In this document: positions 25,896-35,694 of the stretch, piece by piece
Numbering within the stretch: the first letter of the stretch is position 1
Layout: each line of letters starts with the position of its first letter
DNA from: Hyphomonas sp.
GTDB lineage: Bacteria; Pseudomonadota; Alphaproteobacteria; Caulobacterales; Hyphomonadaceae
NCBI RefSeq assembly: GCF_022844445.1
Contig: NZ_JALHLS010000013.1
Location: 17,926-81,925 of the forward strand
Direction of reading: 5' to 3'
Length of the DNA: 64,000 bases
Program-made: the position numbers and the translations under genes
Notes under the pieces: model-generated
Told to the model about the DNA's origin: nothing
What the model saw: the letters and a program-made list of their open reading frames with translations, nothing else
The model's database searches: none

Positions 25896-28280
25896 ATGAA
25901 CCTTCCTCTTGATCACCTGAAGTCACTCGAACAGCGCCTGCTCTGGCTGGCGGCCTGGACCGTGCACAACGCCAATCACCTGCGCGAGAAAGAGGATGAC
26001 GACGTCAAGGTCGGCGGCCACCAGGCCTCCTGCGCCTCGATGGTGTCGATCCTCACGGCGCTCTATTTTCATGTGCTGCGGCCCGAAGACCGCGTGGCCG
26101 TGAAGCCGCATGCGGCGCCGCTGTTTCATGCGATGCACTACCTGATGGGCAACCAGACGCGCGAGAAGCTTGAAAACTTCCGCGGCTATGGCGGCGCGCA
26201 GTCCTATCCCTCGCGGACCAAGGACATTGACGATGTCGACTTCTCCACAGGATCGGTCGGCCTCGGCGTGGCGGAGACGGCGTTTGCCTCGATCATCCAG
26301 GACTACCTGATCGCCCGTCCGTGGACGGAGCTGGGCAGCGGCGCACGCAAGGCCGGGCGCATGGTGGCGCTGGTGGGCGACGCGGAGCTGGACGAGGGCA
26401 ACGTGTACGAGTGCCTTCAGGAAGGCTGGAAGCACGGACTGCGCAATACCTGGTGGATCATCGACTATAACCGCCAGAGCCTTGACGGCGTGGTGCACGA
26501 GGGCCTGTGGGCGCGGGTGGAGGCGATCTTCAAGGCCTTTGGCTGGCGCGTGGACGTGCTGCGCTTCGGCGCGAAGCAGCGTGCGGCGTTTGAGGAGCCG
26601 GGCGGCGGGCGCCTCAAGGCCTGGATCGAGGCCTGCCCGAACTCGCTCTATTCGGCGCTGACCTATCTGGGCGGCGCGGCCTGGCGCAAGCGTATCCTCG
26701 ACGATATCGGCGACCAGGGCGATGTGTCGGCCCTGATCGGGAGGCGCACCGATACAGAGCTCAGTGAGCTGATGAACAATCTCGGCGGCCAGTGCCTCGA
26801 GACGCTGTGCGAAGCCTTCGGCCGGGCCCGCGACGAGACGCCGACCGTGTTCCTCGCCTACACGATCAAGGGCTGGGGCACGCCGCTGGCCGGCCACAAG
26901 GACAACCATGCCGGCCTGATGACCAAGGCGCAGATGGCCGAGTTCCAGACGCTGATGGGCATCCAGGCCGGCGAGGAATGGGAGCCCATGGCGGGCGTTG
27001 AAAACACGCCTGCGCTCAAGGACTTCCTGCGGGAAGTTCCATTCTTTGCAGCCGGGCCGCGGCGGTATCATTCACCGGCTGTGCCCTCGCCCGGGCCGGT
27101 CTTCCTCGAAGACGAGATGCTGTCCACGCAGCAGGGTTTCGGCAAGATCCTCGACGCGCATGCGAAGGCGGATACGGAACTCTCCCGCCGTATCCTGACA
27201 ACCTCGCCGGACGTGACCGTCTCGACGAACCTTGGCCCCTGGGTGAACCGGCGCGGCCTGTTTGCGCGCGAGAAGGTGGCCGACACGTTCCGGGACGAGA
27301 AGATCCCGTCCGCGCAGAAATGGAGCTTCTCCCCGGAAGGCCAGCATATCGAACTCGGCATTGCGGAAATGAACCTGTTCCTGCTGCTGGGCGCAGCCGG
27401 CCTGTCGCATTCGCTGTTCGGCGAGCGGCTCATCCCCATCGGCACCGTGTATGATCCATTCATTGCGCGCGGGCTCGATGCGCTGAACTATGCCTGTTAC
27501 CAGGATGCGCGCTTTATTATCGCCGGCACACCGAGCGGCGTGACGCTGGCGCCGGAAGGCGGGGCGCACCAGTCCATCGGCGCGCAGCTGATAGGCATGA
27601 GCCAGGACGGGCTCGTCTCGTTCGAGCCGGCCTTCCTCGATGAACTCTCGATCATCATGGACTGGAGCCTCGATTACCTGCAGCGCGACGGCGAAGGCGA
27701 CCCCGACGAGCGCACCTGGCTGCGGGACGAGACGGGCGGCTCGGTCTACCTGCGCCTTTCGACACGGCCGCTCGAACAGGTGCGCGTGTGGAAACGTGAC
27801 GACGCGGCGTTCCGGCAGGGCGTGATCGATGGCGGCTACTGGCTGCGCCAGCCGGGGCCGAACTGCGAGGTGGTGATCGCCTACCAGGGCGTGATTGCCC
27901 CGGAAGCGATCAAGGCCGCGGCGCGCATCGGCGAAGGGCGCCGCGATATCGGCGTGCTCGCGGTAACGTCCGCAGACAGACTGAATTCGGGATGGACCGC
28001 CGCGCGGCGCGCCCGCGCGCGCGGGCAGCGCAATGCGAAAAGCCAGATCGAGCGCCTGATGGAGGGCGTGCCGCCCCACTGCCAGCTGATCACGGTGACC
28101 GATGGCCACCCGGCGACGCTCGCCTGGATCGGCGGCGTGAAGGGCCACGCCGTGACACCGCTGGGCGTCGAGCATTTCGGCCAGACCGGCACGATCCGCG
28201 ACCTCTACCGGCACTTCCAGATCGATGCGGATGCGATTGTCGGCGCGGCGAGCCACCTGTCGCCCGGGCGTATACTCTGA
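25896..28280 (+). CDS. Homodimeric AceE/transketolase-like 2-oxoacid dehydrogenase E1
   Basis: KVGGHQASCAS, KPHAAP, FSTGSVGLG, TPP motif GDAELDEG...N, ELGIAEMN, TLAPEGGAHQS and FGQTG. Confidence 0.9.
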   Translation: MNLPLDHLKSLEQRLLWLAAWTVHNANHLREKEDDDVKVGGHQASCASMVSILTALYFHVLRPEDRVAVKPHAAPLFHAMHYLMGNQTREKLENFRGYGGAQSYPSRTKDIDDVDFSTGSVGLGVAETAFASIIQDYLIARPWTELGSGARKAGRMVALVGDAELDEGNVYECLQEGWKHGLRNTWWIIDYNRQSLDGVVHEGLWARVEAIFKAFGWRVDVLRFGAKQRAAFEEPGGGRLKAWIEACPNSLYSALTYLGGAAWRKRILDDIGDQGDVSALIGRRTDTELSELMNNLGGQCLETLCEAFGRARDETPTVFLAYTIKGWGTPLAGHKDNHAGLMTKAQMAEFQTLMGIQAGEEWEPMAGVENTPALKDFLREVPFFAAGPRRYHSPAVPSPGPVFLEDEMLSTQQGFGKILDAHAKADTELSRRILTTSPDVTVSTNLGPWVNRRGLFAREKVADTFRDEKIPSAQKWSFSPEGQHIELGIAEMNLFLLLGAAGLSHSLFGERLIPIGTVYDPFIARGLDALNYACYQDARFIIAGTPSGVTLAPEGGAHQSIGAQLIGMSQDGLVSFEPAFLDELSIIMDWSLDYLQRDGEGDPDERTWLRDETGGSVYLRLSTRPLEQVRVWKRDDAAFRQGVIDGGYWLRQPGPNCEVVIAYQGVIAPEAIKAAARIGEGRRDIGVLAVTSADRLNSGWTAARRARARGQRNAKSQIERLMEGVPPHCQLITVTDGHPATLAWIGGVKGHAVTPLGVEHFGQTGTIRDLYRHFQIDADAIVGAASHLSPGRIL

Positions 28281-28631
28281 TCTCAAACTGCCTGCCCGAG
28301 CCCGGCGGCGAGGTAGCGTTGCGTACATCAGGCCAGGGGGACACTCGGATATCCGGAGCGAGGCTGCTGATACTTGCCGTATCCGGACTATTTCTGGGAG
28401 TGTAGTCAGACGTAGGGCGCGCGGCTGGTTGAGACCTTCGGGCGGGACGATGGCCGGGGCTGGTGCCTCTCGGCCGACCCGAACGACGTCAACGCTGCGT
28501 GGGCGGCCCCTGTATCGAGTTGTCCGGCGGCGCATGAGTACATGCCGAAAGGGCAGTGATCAGAACCTTTTCGGGATGAATTGGCGCTGCAGTCTCAACC
28601 GGGAGTTTACTTCCTTGGAGTAGACAGGGAC

Positions 28632-30482
28632 ATGTTTCGTCGCCTGCTATCCTGCCTGAACCTGGCGCCCGGTCACAAGGCCCTGTGCCTGGTGGTGTTT
28701 GCGGGCCTGCTGACGGCAGTCGCCCCGGCAGCGCTGGCGGCGCCTCCGGCGTTTGATCTGGCAGACCTGAACCGCACAAGCGCGCTGCCCATCGCCACCG
28801 AAATCGCTTCCGGTGCCGACCCGGCGCTTGATCCTCAGGCGGTCACGTCCGGCGCGGCCGCCCTGCCCTTCCAGCGGCCTGCGGCGCGCGTGCCGCAGAT
28901 GCAGAGCCCGTCAGGCGACGTCTGGATCCGCTACCAGCTGACCAATTCAGCGGATGATCCGCGCTCGGGAAATTTTATCATCAATTTCTCGTATCTGGAG
29001 CGGGTCGACCTCTTCGAGGTGCTGCCCGACGGCAAGCTGCGGCACTCCACGGCGGGTTCTGCAACGCCTGCCTCCGGCGCAGCCGTGGCCGCCGCCTATC
29101 CGACGTTCCAGATGGTGCTCGCGCCGGGTGAGACGCGGGACTATTATGTCCGGGTACGCAGCAATTCAATTCTTTTCTTCCCGATGCGGATGGTTTCCGA
29201 GAGCCGGTTCTCGCATGCGGTCACACGCGACACGATGATCTGGAGCCTGATTGCCGGAACCGTGCTGGCACTGGCGCTCTATGCCGCATCCATGTCCTTG
29301 GGCGCAGGGCGGGGCGTCTACCGCGCCTATCTCTGCTTCAGCCTTGCAGCGGTCGGCTATATCCTGCTTTCGTCGGGCCTTGTGAAGGCGCTGGTCGCCT
29401 CCGGCCTTTCGATCAATCTCAACACGCTGCTGTGCGCGGCGCAGGCGCTGGCGATCGCTTGCGGCACGCTGTTCGTCACGCGCTTCCTCGACATGCGTCA
29501 CACCGCGCCGCGCCTCTATTGCGTGTTTATCGGGCTGGCCGGATTTGCGGCGCTGACAGGTGTCAGCTTCCTTCTGCCGCAATGGATAGCGCAGTTGAGC
29601 TATCTCGTGGCAGCGGTACTTGGCCCGGTGATCCTGATGCTGGGCCTGGGCTGGCTGACCTGGCGACGCGTCGCTGGCGCTCGCGCTCTGCTGGCGGCCT
29701 GGGCACCGTGCTTCCTGGCGACGATCTGGATGTGCCTGCGCCTGTTCAACGTGACACCCTACCTGCCGATCAATCACTTCCTCCTGCCGCTGTCGTTTGC
29801 GTTCACCCTTGCACACCTGTCGGCGATCCTTGCCGGCCGGGCGCGCGAGGCAGAGCTTTGGGCGAACAATGACATGCTGACCGGACTCGGCAACCGGCGC
29901 CTGCTGACGGCGATCATGGAGTTGGAAGCGCGCGAGCCGACACGCCGGTATGGCGCGGCGATTGCCATCGACCTTGACGACTTCAAGCCGGTCAATGACC
30001 GGCACGGACATGCGGCGGGCGACGCCGTTCTGGTGGCTGTCGGCGAACGCCTGCGCGCCACGTTCAAAGGCAAGGGCGACGTCTTCCGTCTCGGCGGCGA
30101 CGAGTTCCTGATCCTGACTTACGACGCGCTGAGCCGGATGGAGGTGGTCAACCTTGCCGGCGATTATCTGAGCCTCAACCGTCAACCGGTGCGGTTCGAT
30201 GACCTGACGCTGACGATAGATGCCAGCATGGGCATTGCGTTCCGGGATGATCATGCTGGCCTTGACGCCATGATGAAGCAGGCCGACCAGCAGCTCTACG
30301 CCGTGAAACAGGCCGGTCGCGGCATGGTGCGCATTGCCGACCAACGCGCGCAGGAGCGGCGCAAGACACGCCGGACGGTCGGCTCACTTCCCGACGCGGC
30401 CGGCATCTTCTTTGCGCGCGGCAAAGATCCAGGCCCGGCGCCAGCGAACGACACGGCGGAGCCGGAACGCGCAAAGCGCTGA
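28632..30482 (+). CDS. 7TM-DISM (DISMED2 + 7TM) diguanylate cyclase
   Basis: Signal peptide and periplasmic domain (VWIRYQL, LERVDLF, YPTF, YYVRVRS), seven TM segments, then DMLTGLGNRR, DLDDFKPVND and RLGGDEF. Confidence 0.88.
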   Translation: MFRRLLSCLNLAPGHKALCLVVFAGLLTAVAPAALAAPPAFDLADLNRTSALPIATEIASGADPALDPQAVTSGAAALPFQRPAARVPQMQSPSGDVWIRYQLTNSADDPRSGNFIINFSYLERVDLFEVLPDGKLRHSTAGSATPASGAAVAAAYPTFQMVLAPGETRDYYVRVRSNSILFFPMRMVSESRFSHAVTRDTMIWSLIAGTVLALALYAASMSLGAGRGVYRAYLCFSLAAVGYILLSSGLVKALVASGLSINLNTLLCAAQALAIACGTLFVTRFLDMRHTAPRLYCVFIGLAGFAALTGVSFLLPQWIAQLSYLVAAVLGPVILMLGLGWLTWRRVAGARALLAAWAPCFLATIWMCLRLFNVTPYLPINHFLLPLSFAFTLAHLSAILAGRAREAELWANNDMLTGLGNRRLLTAIMELEAREPTRRYGAAIAIDLDDFKPVNDRHGHAAGDAVLVAVGERLRATFKGKGDVFRLGGDEFLILTYDALSRMEVVNLAGDYLSLNRQPVRFDDLTLTIDASMGIAFRDDHAGLDAMMKQADQQLYAVKQAGRGMVRIADQRAQERRKTRRTVGSLPDAAGIFFARGKDPGPAPANDTAEPERAKR

Positions 30483-30489
30483 TCCACGA

Positions 30490-31332
30490 CTAGATCAGGA
30501 TTTCGTACAGGTCGGTTCTGCGGTCGCGGAAGAAACCCCAGGCGGCGCGCGCCTGGTCAATCTTGTCGAGATCGAAGCTGGCCACGAGGACGCCTTCCTC
30601 CTGGCGGCCGAGATCGCCGACGATCTCGCCGGTCTCGTCAGTGATGAAGCTCGTGCCGTAGAAGACCTGCCCGCCTTCATCACCCACGCGGTTGGCGGCG
30701 ACGACCGGGATGACATTGGATACCGCATGGCCCTGCATCGCGCGGCGCCAGCGGGCCGCTGTGTCGAGGCCGGCATCCTGCGGCTCGGCGCCGATCGCGG
30801 TGGGATAGAGAAGCGCATCGGCGCCCATCAGCGCCATCGCGCGGGCCGCCTCAGGAAACCACTGGTCCCAGCAGATGCCGACGCCGATACGGCCCTTGAG
30901 GGTCGACCAGGTGCGAAAGCCGGTGTCGCCGGGGCGGAAGTAGAACTTTTCCTGATAGCCCGGGCCATCCGGAATGTGGCTCTTGCGATAGACACCAAGC
31001 AGGGCGCCGTCGGCATCAATGATGACGATGGAGTTGAAATAAAGCGGGCCATCCTTCTCGTAAATCGACACCGGGATGACGACGCCGAGTTCCGCAGCAA
31101 GCTCCGAGTACTGACGAACGGCGGGGTGGTCCTGCCACTCCATGGCGCGCGCGAAGTGTTCCTCTTCCTGTGTCTTGCAGAAATAGTGGCCGCAGAAGAG
31201 TTCTGGCGGCAGGATCACGTCGGCGCCTTTCGCGGCGGCTTCGCGGATGAAGCCGGCGACGCGGGTGATATTGTCCTGCACGTCATCGGACGGCGAGAAC
31301 TGGATCGCGGCGAGGGTCAGCGTGCGGGCCAT
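30490..31332 (-). CDS. aguB: N-carbamoylputrescine amidohydrolase
   Basis: Nitrilase triad PELF, YRKSHIPDGPGYQEKFYF and GICWDQWFPE; YPTAIG and WRRAMQGHA. Confidence 0.95.
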   Translation of the reverse strand: MARTLTLAAIQFSPSDDVQDNITRVAGFIREAAAKGADVILPPELFCGHYFCKTQEEEHFARAMEWQDHPAVRQYSELAAELGVVIPVSIYEKDGPLYFNSIVIIDADGALLGVYRKSHIPDGPGYQEKFYFRPGDTGFRTWSTLKGRIGVGICWDQWFPEAARAMALMGADALLYPTAIGAEPQDAGLDTAARWRRAMQGHAVSNVIPVVAANRVGDEGGQVFYGTSFITDETGEIVGDLGRQEEGVLVASFDLDKIDQARAAWGFFRDRRTDLYEILI

Positions 31333-31345
31333 GGGGCGCCTCCTG

Positions 31346-32329
31346 TCAGACGGGAATTTCGCGGGTCATGCAATGGAAACTGCCGCCGCCGGCGAGGATG
31401 CCGCGCGCGGGCAGGCCGATCACCTCGCGGCCGGGCATCAGGGCTTTCAGCTCGGCAAGCGCGACGGCACTGTAACGGTCTTCGTAGATGGGCACGAGCA
31501 CGGCGCCGTTGGTGATTGTAAAGTTCATGTGGCTCGCGGGAACGGGCGCGCCGTCGCCGAAGTGGATGAGACCCGGCGACGGGATGGTGGAGACCATAAG
31601 GCCGGCCGCCGCGAGGCTGCGCTCGATGTCGCTGAGCACATCCATGTTCGGATCATCCTGGCCGGCCGGATGCTGGCAGAGGACATGGCCGGGGCCGATG
31701 AAGCGGGCAATGTTGTCGACATGGCCGTCGGTGTGATCGTTGGCGAGCCCGTCGCCGAGCCAGAGGATTTCCTCGACACCGAGCGCGGCGCGCAGGTGGC
31801 CCTCGATCTGGTCCTGGTTGAGGGCCGGATTGCGGTTCGGATTGAGAAGGCACTGGCGCGTGGTGAGCAGGCGGCCTTCGCCGTCCACGTCGATCCCGCC
31901 GCCCTCCAGGACGAAATCATGGGCACGTGCGGGGATCTGCTCGATGGCGGCCATCGCAGAAGCGGTGCCGGCATCGCCGTCCATCAGGTATTTGCCGCCC
32001 CAGCCGTTGAAGCGGAAGACCTGACTGACGCGCCCTGCCCCTGCCCCGGTGATGATCGGGCCGGTATCGCGCAGCCAGATGTCGCCGGTGGGTATGCGGA
32101 CAAGTTCGGCAACGCCTCCGAGCGCGGCCTGGGCGGAGGTCATCGCCTCCTCGGAGCCAATCGCGACCTTAACCTTCACATGGCCTGCCGCCGCGCGGAT
32201 GAAGCCGGCAATGTCGGCGCGGGCAGCGGTCAGGTCGCCGCCCCACTCCTCGGCAAGGCGCGGCCAGCCGGCCCAGAGGGCGGCCTGCGGCGCCCATTCG
32301 GGGGCGAGGAAGGGTTTCGTCATCGTCAT
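31346..32329 (-). CDS. aguA: Agmatine deiminase
   Basis: EWAPQ, DIWLRDTGP, FNGWGGK, LEGGGIDVDGEG, NPNRN, DHTDGHVDN and GGGSFHCMT. Confidence 0.95.
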   Translation of the reverse strand: MTMTKPFLAPEWAPQAALWAGWPRLAEEWGGDLTAARADIAGFIRAAAGHVKVKVAIGSEEAMTSAQAALGGVAELVRIPTGDIWLRDTGPIITGAGAGRVSQVFRFNGWGGKYLMDGDAGTASAMAAIEQIPARAHDFVLEGGGIDVDGEGRLLTTRQCLLNPNRNPALNQDQIEGHLRAALGVEEILWLGDGLANDHTDGHVDNIARFIGPGHVLCQHPAGQDDPNMDVLSDIERSLAAAGLMVSTIPSPGLIHFGDGAPVPASHMNFTITNGAVLVPIYEDRYSAVALAELKALMPGREVIGLPARGILAGGGSFHCMTREIPV

Positions 32330-32360
32330 GTCAGCGCGCGCCTTGCCATAGCTGGCCCCA

Positions 32361-32390
32361 AAGGAAAAGGGCGGCCCCGCAAGGCCGCCC
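32361..32390 (-). terminator. Rho-independent terminator of the TonB receptor gene
   Basis: Minus strand: gggcggcc-ttgcgg-ggccgccc followed by ttttcctt. Confidence 0.75.
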
Positions 32391-32421
32391 CTCATATAGT
32401 GTCCGTAGGCCGGAATACAGC

Positions 32422-35400
32422 TTAGAACTTGTACTTCACGCCAAGCCGGATCTGCCAGAGCGAGGCCGAGTTGATCGGCTGCGCACGGTCAACCGTCGGG
32501 TTGAACGAGGTGATCACGAGGCGGCCCTGCGCATCGAGGCCGCTGATGCCGTAGAGTTCGGCGTTGCCCGGGAAGCCGTGCTCTTTCATCACGCCCCACT
32601 CGTCGTTCAGCAGGTTGCCGACGTTACGGATAACCATGAACGCCTCGGTGCGATGATCCCCCATCAAGCCAGGCAGCTCCTGGGCGATGCGGATATCGAA
32701 GCGGGTGCGCCACGGATCGGACTCGGAGTTACGGTCGATGATGCTACCGGCGGCATCGCGAAGGCTGCTGTTGCCGTTGATGAAGTCAACAAGAGCGGCA
32801 ACCGCGCCGGGGCTCGACGTGGGCGCGATGACCGGATCGGTGATGCCGGTCGGAATGTAGGCCAGCTCGCGGCGGCTGTTGGTGAACGGCGTGAAGGCGC
32901 TGTTCGAGCCGATCGTGTAGCTGTAGGGCGCGCCCTCGTTTGCGGTGGCGAACAGCGAGAACTTCGAAGCGTAGTTCTCGACGAACTCCTTGCGGACGTT
33001 CAGGTTGAACGTGAACCGGTGCGGGATCACGTAGTCACTGGTCGCCAGTTCAGGATTGGTCGGATCGAAGGTCTGGAAGTTCGAGAAGTTCGAGAAGGCC
33101 ACCGACGAGGTCATCGGGTTGGCGTCTTCCGCCTGGGTGAAGGCATAGCCAGCAGCCCAGTCGATGCCGTTGTTATAGTCTTTCGACAGGCCGACGGAAA
33201 CCGTGCGGGCCCAGCCTTTTTCTTCCGCATTGGTGAGCAGGAAGTCGTTGGTGTTGCCAGCAAAACGCGGGCGGCCATCAGCAGCGCGCGGGCCAACGCC
33301 GGTGGTCGCGGGGACCCACGAAATCGGCAGGATATAGGCGGCTTCGTTCGTCTTGGAGACGAGGAAGTCGAGCATCAGGCGCCAGTCATCGCCGTACCAG
33401 GCTTCCGGCGAACCGAAGTCAATGACGGTGCCGAAGGCCGCTTTCCATTCCGACGGGATTTCGAAATCGGGGTCGAGCGCGTTGACCGGACCGCCGCCGT
33501 TGGCTGCGCCGACAGCTGCAATGGCCTGATCCGGCACATCGAAGAACGGACGGCCCGAACCGCCGCCATAAATGTACTCGCTGACGTTCGACACCGTGCC
33601 GCCGAGCGCGGGCAAGCAGTCGGTCGTCGAAGCGGCGCCGGGGCGCTCGCGGCATTCGAACAGGGTTACGCCATTGTTGGAGTAGTTGTTCGAGAGCCAG
33701 ACGTTCGGGTTGCCGCCGGAGTAGAGGCCAAGGCCGCCATGGAAGCGGATGTCGTCCGAAAAGTCGTATTTCAGGCCAAGGCGCGGCTGAAGCAGGTCGC
33801 GGCCATCCATCGTGGCGTCGTTGCGAATGCCGTAGTTGGCGAGGAAGGTCGGGTTGAACGACGGCTTGGAGTCCGAGGTGTAGTAGTCGTAGCGAAGGCC
33901 GGCCGTGACCTGCAGGTCCGGGGTAACCTGCCACTTGTCCTGCAGGTAGGCGGTATTGATTTCGTAGCCGAACGTGGCGGCACCATCGTCTTCGTTGTTG
34001 GTGCGTGCGGCGTTCTCATAGCGGAAGTCGTTGAAGTTTCCGGCTGCAAAATCGGCGACGGTGCTGAACACCCACTCGCCCTGCACTTCCTGAATGAACT
34101 TGTTGAACACTTCGAGTTCTTCGCGCTCTCCGCCGAAGGTGACGAGGTGGTCGCCGATCGTCCAGTTGGCTTTCGCCTTGTAGACGTCCGAGGTGTAGAT
34201 CAGGTCGTTGGCGTGACGGCTGTCGTCTGCGCCGAGGTAGATGGTCGAGGTGCCCGAGCTGCCGACACGCGGCACGATCACCTGCACTTCGCCCCAGCCA
34301 TCTTCACCGGACACAGGGTCCTGGACAGCGTCGAATTCAACGCGGGTCCAGCGCAGCTCGGTGTTGAAGTTCTCCGTCCAGTCGGAGTTCAGCGAGACCG
34401 AGTAGTTCTCGAGCTTGCCACCGCGCTTGTAGAAGTGGTTGCCGTCGGCGACTTCCGTCGTGCTGGAGTCGGACGGGTTGAAGTTGAAGGATTCGTTGAA
34501 GGTGTAAGAAGCGGCTGCACGGTGCTGGTCGTTGATGTTCCAGTCGAGCTTGGCGAAGATCTTCTCGTCTTCAACCGGGATCGAAGTCGGCAAGCCGCCC
34601 GAGACGTAGCCGTACTGGTTTACGGCAATGTCGATGACCTGCTGGTAGACAGCCGGATCGATGCTGGCGCGCTGCGGCGAGTTGTCGAACAGGTTTACGG
34701 CGTCGTTCTTCTCGTAAGAGCCAAAGAAGAACAGGGTGTTCGGGATGATCGGGCCGCCGACATTGAAGCCGTAGCGCTCGTCCTCGAAGTCACCGATCGG
34801 GATCTTGGTGCCATTGATAGAATCGCCGCGCAGGTCGTTGCTGGTGTAGTCGTAGAACGCCCCGCCATGGAACTCGTTGGTGCCGGACTTGGTGACGGCG
34901 TTGACGTTACAGGCAGTGAACAGGCCGTACTCGACGTCGAACGGGGCCAGTTCAACGGAAACCTGCTGGATCGAGTCGTAGCCGAAGGGGATGCTTTCGG
35001 TCGGGTAGCCGTTGGAGTTCAGGCCGAAGCTGTCCGAGAGGCGGGCGCCATCAACGGTCAGTGAGTTGAAGCGCGGGTTGGCGCCGGCGCACGAGATCGA
35101 GTCGTTGAAGCCGTCATCGATGTAGACGCGCGGGTCGAGGCGCAGGGCGTCCTTCAGGTCGCGCGAGATGGCGGGGATGTTCTCGAGGGTGTCGAGACCG
35201 TAGGACGACGACGGGCCGGTGGCGACGTTGGCGACGACGGCGGCGCCGGTCACGACAACGGTGTCGAGGCGCGCGGTTGCGTCGGCAGCAGCGGTCACGA
35301 TGTTGACGACCGAGGTTTCGCCGAGGCCGGTGTAGACGTTCTCGACGCGGCTGGCGGTGACGCCTTCACCCGAAACGGTGAAGCTGAACGGGCCGCCGAT

Positions 35401-35631
35401 GCGGAGGTTCTGGCTGGAGTAGGCGCCGTTCAGGCCGGTCGTGGCCGTGGTGACGGTGCCGGTGGGCTCATGGACGATCGTAACCGTGGCGCCTGCGACC
35501 GGCTGGCCGGCGGAGTCGGTCACGACGCCGCGGGCGTCAGACGTGGTAACTTGTGCGTAAACCGCTGCGACCGGCGCGAGCGCCGCGATGGCGGCGATGG
35601 ACGCGCTGCGTGCAAAGAAATTCTTGATCAT
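32422..35631 (-). CDS. TonB-dependent outer membrane receptor with N-terminal carboxypeptidase-regulatory-like domain (Oar-like)
   Basis: Signal peptide, GVVTD-x2-G-x-PVAGATV, plug NSLTVDG...FGLN and NAVTKSGTNEFHG, barrel ending QIRLGVKYKF. Strongly biased codon usage. Confidence 0.93.
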   Translation of the reverse strand: MIKNFFARSASIAAIAALAPVAAVYAQVTTSDARGVVTDSAGQPVAGATVTIVHEPTGTVTTATTGLNGAYSSQNLRIGGPFSFTVSGEGVTASRVENVYTGLGETSVVNIVTAAADATARLDTVVVTGAAVVANVATGPSSSYGLDTLENIPAISRDLKDALRLDPRVYIDDGFNDSISCAGANPRFNSLTVDGARLSDSFGLNSNGYPTESIPFGYDSIQQVSVELAPFDVEYGLFTACNVNAVTKSGTNEFHGGAFYDYTSNDLRGDSINGTKIPIGDFEDERYGFNVGGPIIPNTLFFFGSYEKNDAVNLFDNSPQRASIDPAVYQQVIDIAVNQYGYVSGGLPTSIPVEDEKIFAKLDWNINDQHRAAASYTFNESFNFNPSDSSTTEVADGNHFYKRGGKLENYSVSLNSDWTENFNTELRWTRVEFDAVQDPVSGEDGWGEVQVIVPRVGSSGTSTIYLGADDSRHANDLIYTSDVYKAKANWTIGDHLVTFGGEREELEVFNKFIQEVQGEWVFSTVADFAAGNFNDFRYENAARTNNEDDGAATFGYEINTAYLQDKWQVTPDLQVTAGLRYDYYTSDSKPSFNPTFLANYGIRNDATMDGRDLLQPRLGLKYDFSDDIRFHGGLGLYSGGNPNVWLSNNYSNNGVTLFECRERPGAASTTDCLPALGGTVSNVSEYIYGGGSGRPFFDVPDQAIAAVGAANGGGPVNALDPDFEIPSEWKAAFGTVIDFGSPEAWYGDDWRLMLDFLVSKTNEAAYILPISWVPATTGVGPRAADGRPRFAGNTNDFLLTNAEEKGWARTVSVGLSKDYNNGIDWAAGYAFTQAEDANPMTSSVAFSNFSNFQTFDPTNPELATSDYVIPHRFTFNLNVRKEFVENYASKFSLFATANEGAPYSYTIGSNSAFTPFTNSRRELAYIPTGITDPVIAPTSSPGAVAALVDFINGNSSLRDAAGSIIDRNSESDPWRTRFDIRIAQELPGLMGDHRTEAFMVIRNVGNLLNDEWGVMKEHGFPGNAELYGISGLDAQGRLVITSFNPTVDRAQPINSASLWQIRLGVKYKF

Positions 35632-35694
35632 GGTGTCTTCCCCGAAGTTATAGACCCTACCGGAGCGCCCTTGTGCCGTCCCGGTTTCCGCTCG

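Noticed and set aside
28281-28330. AGGTAGCG resembling the 3' end of a c-di-GMP-I riboswitch
   Set aside because: No GGCAAA/GAAA/GACGCAAAG elements upstream in the right order.
32578-35064. 828-aa plus-strand ORF; likewise 42619-45261, 38296-40326, 17412-19286 and 27072-28535
   Set aside because: Antisense shadows of well-supported genes, expected from GC-rich codon bias; no recognisable motifs or RBS.
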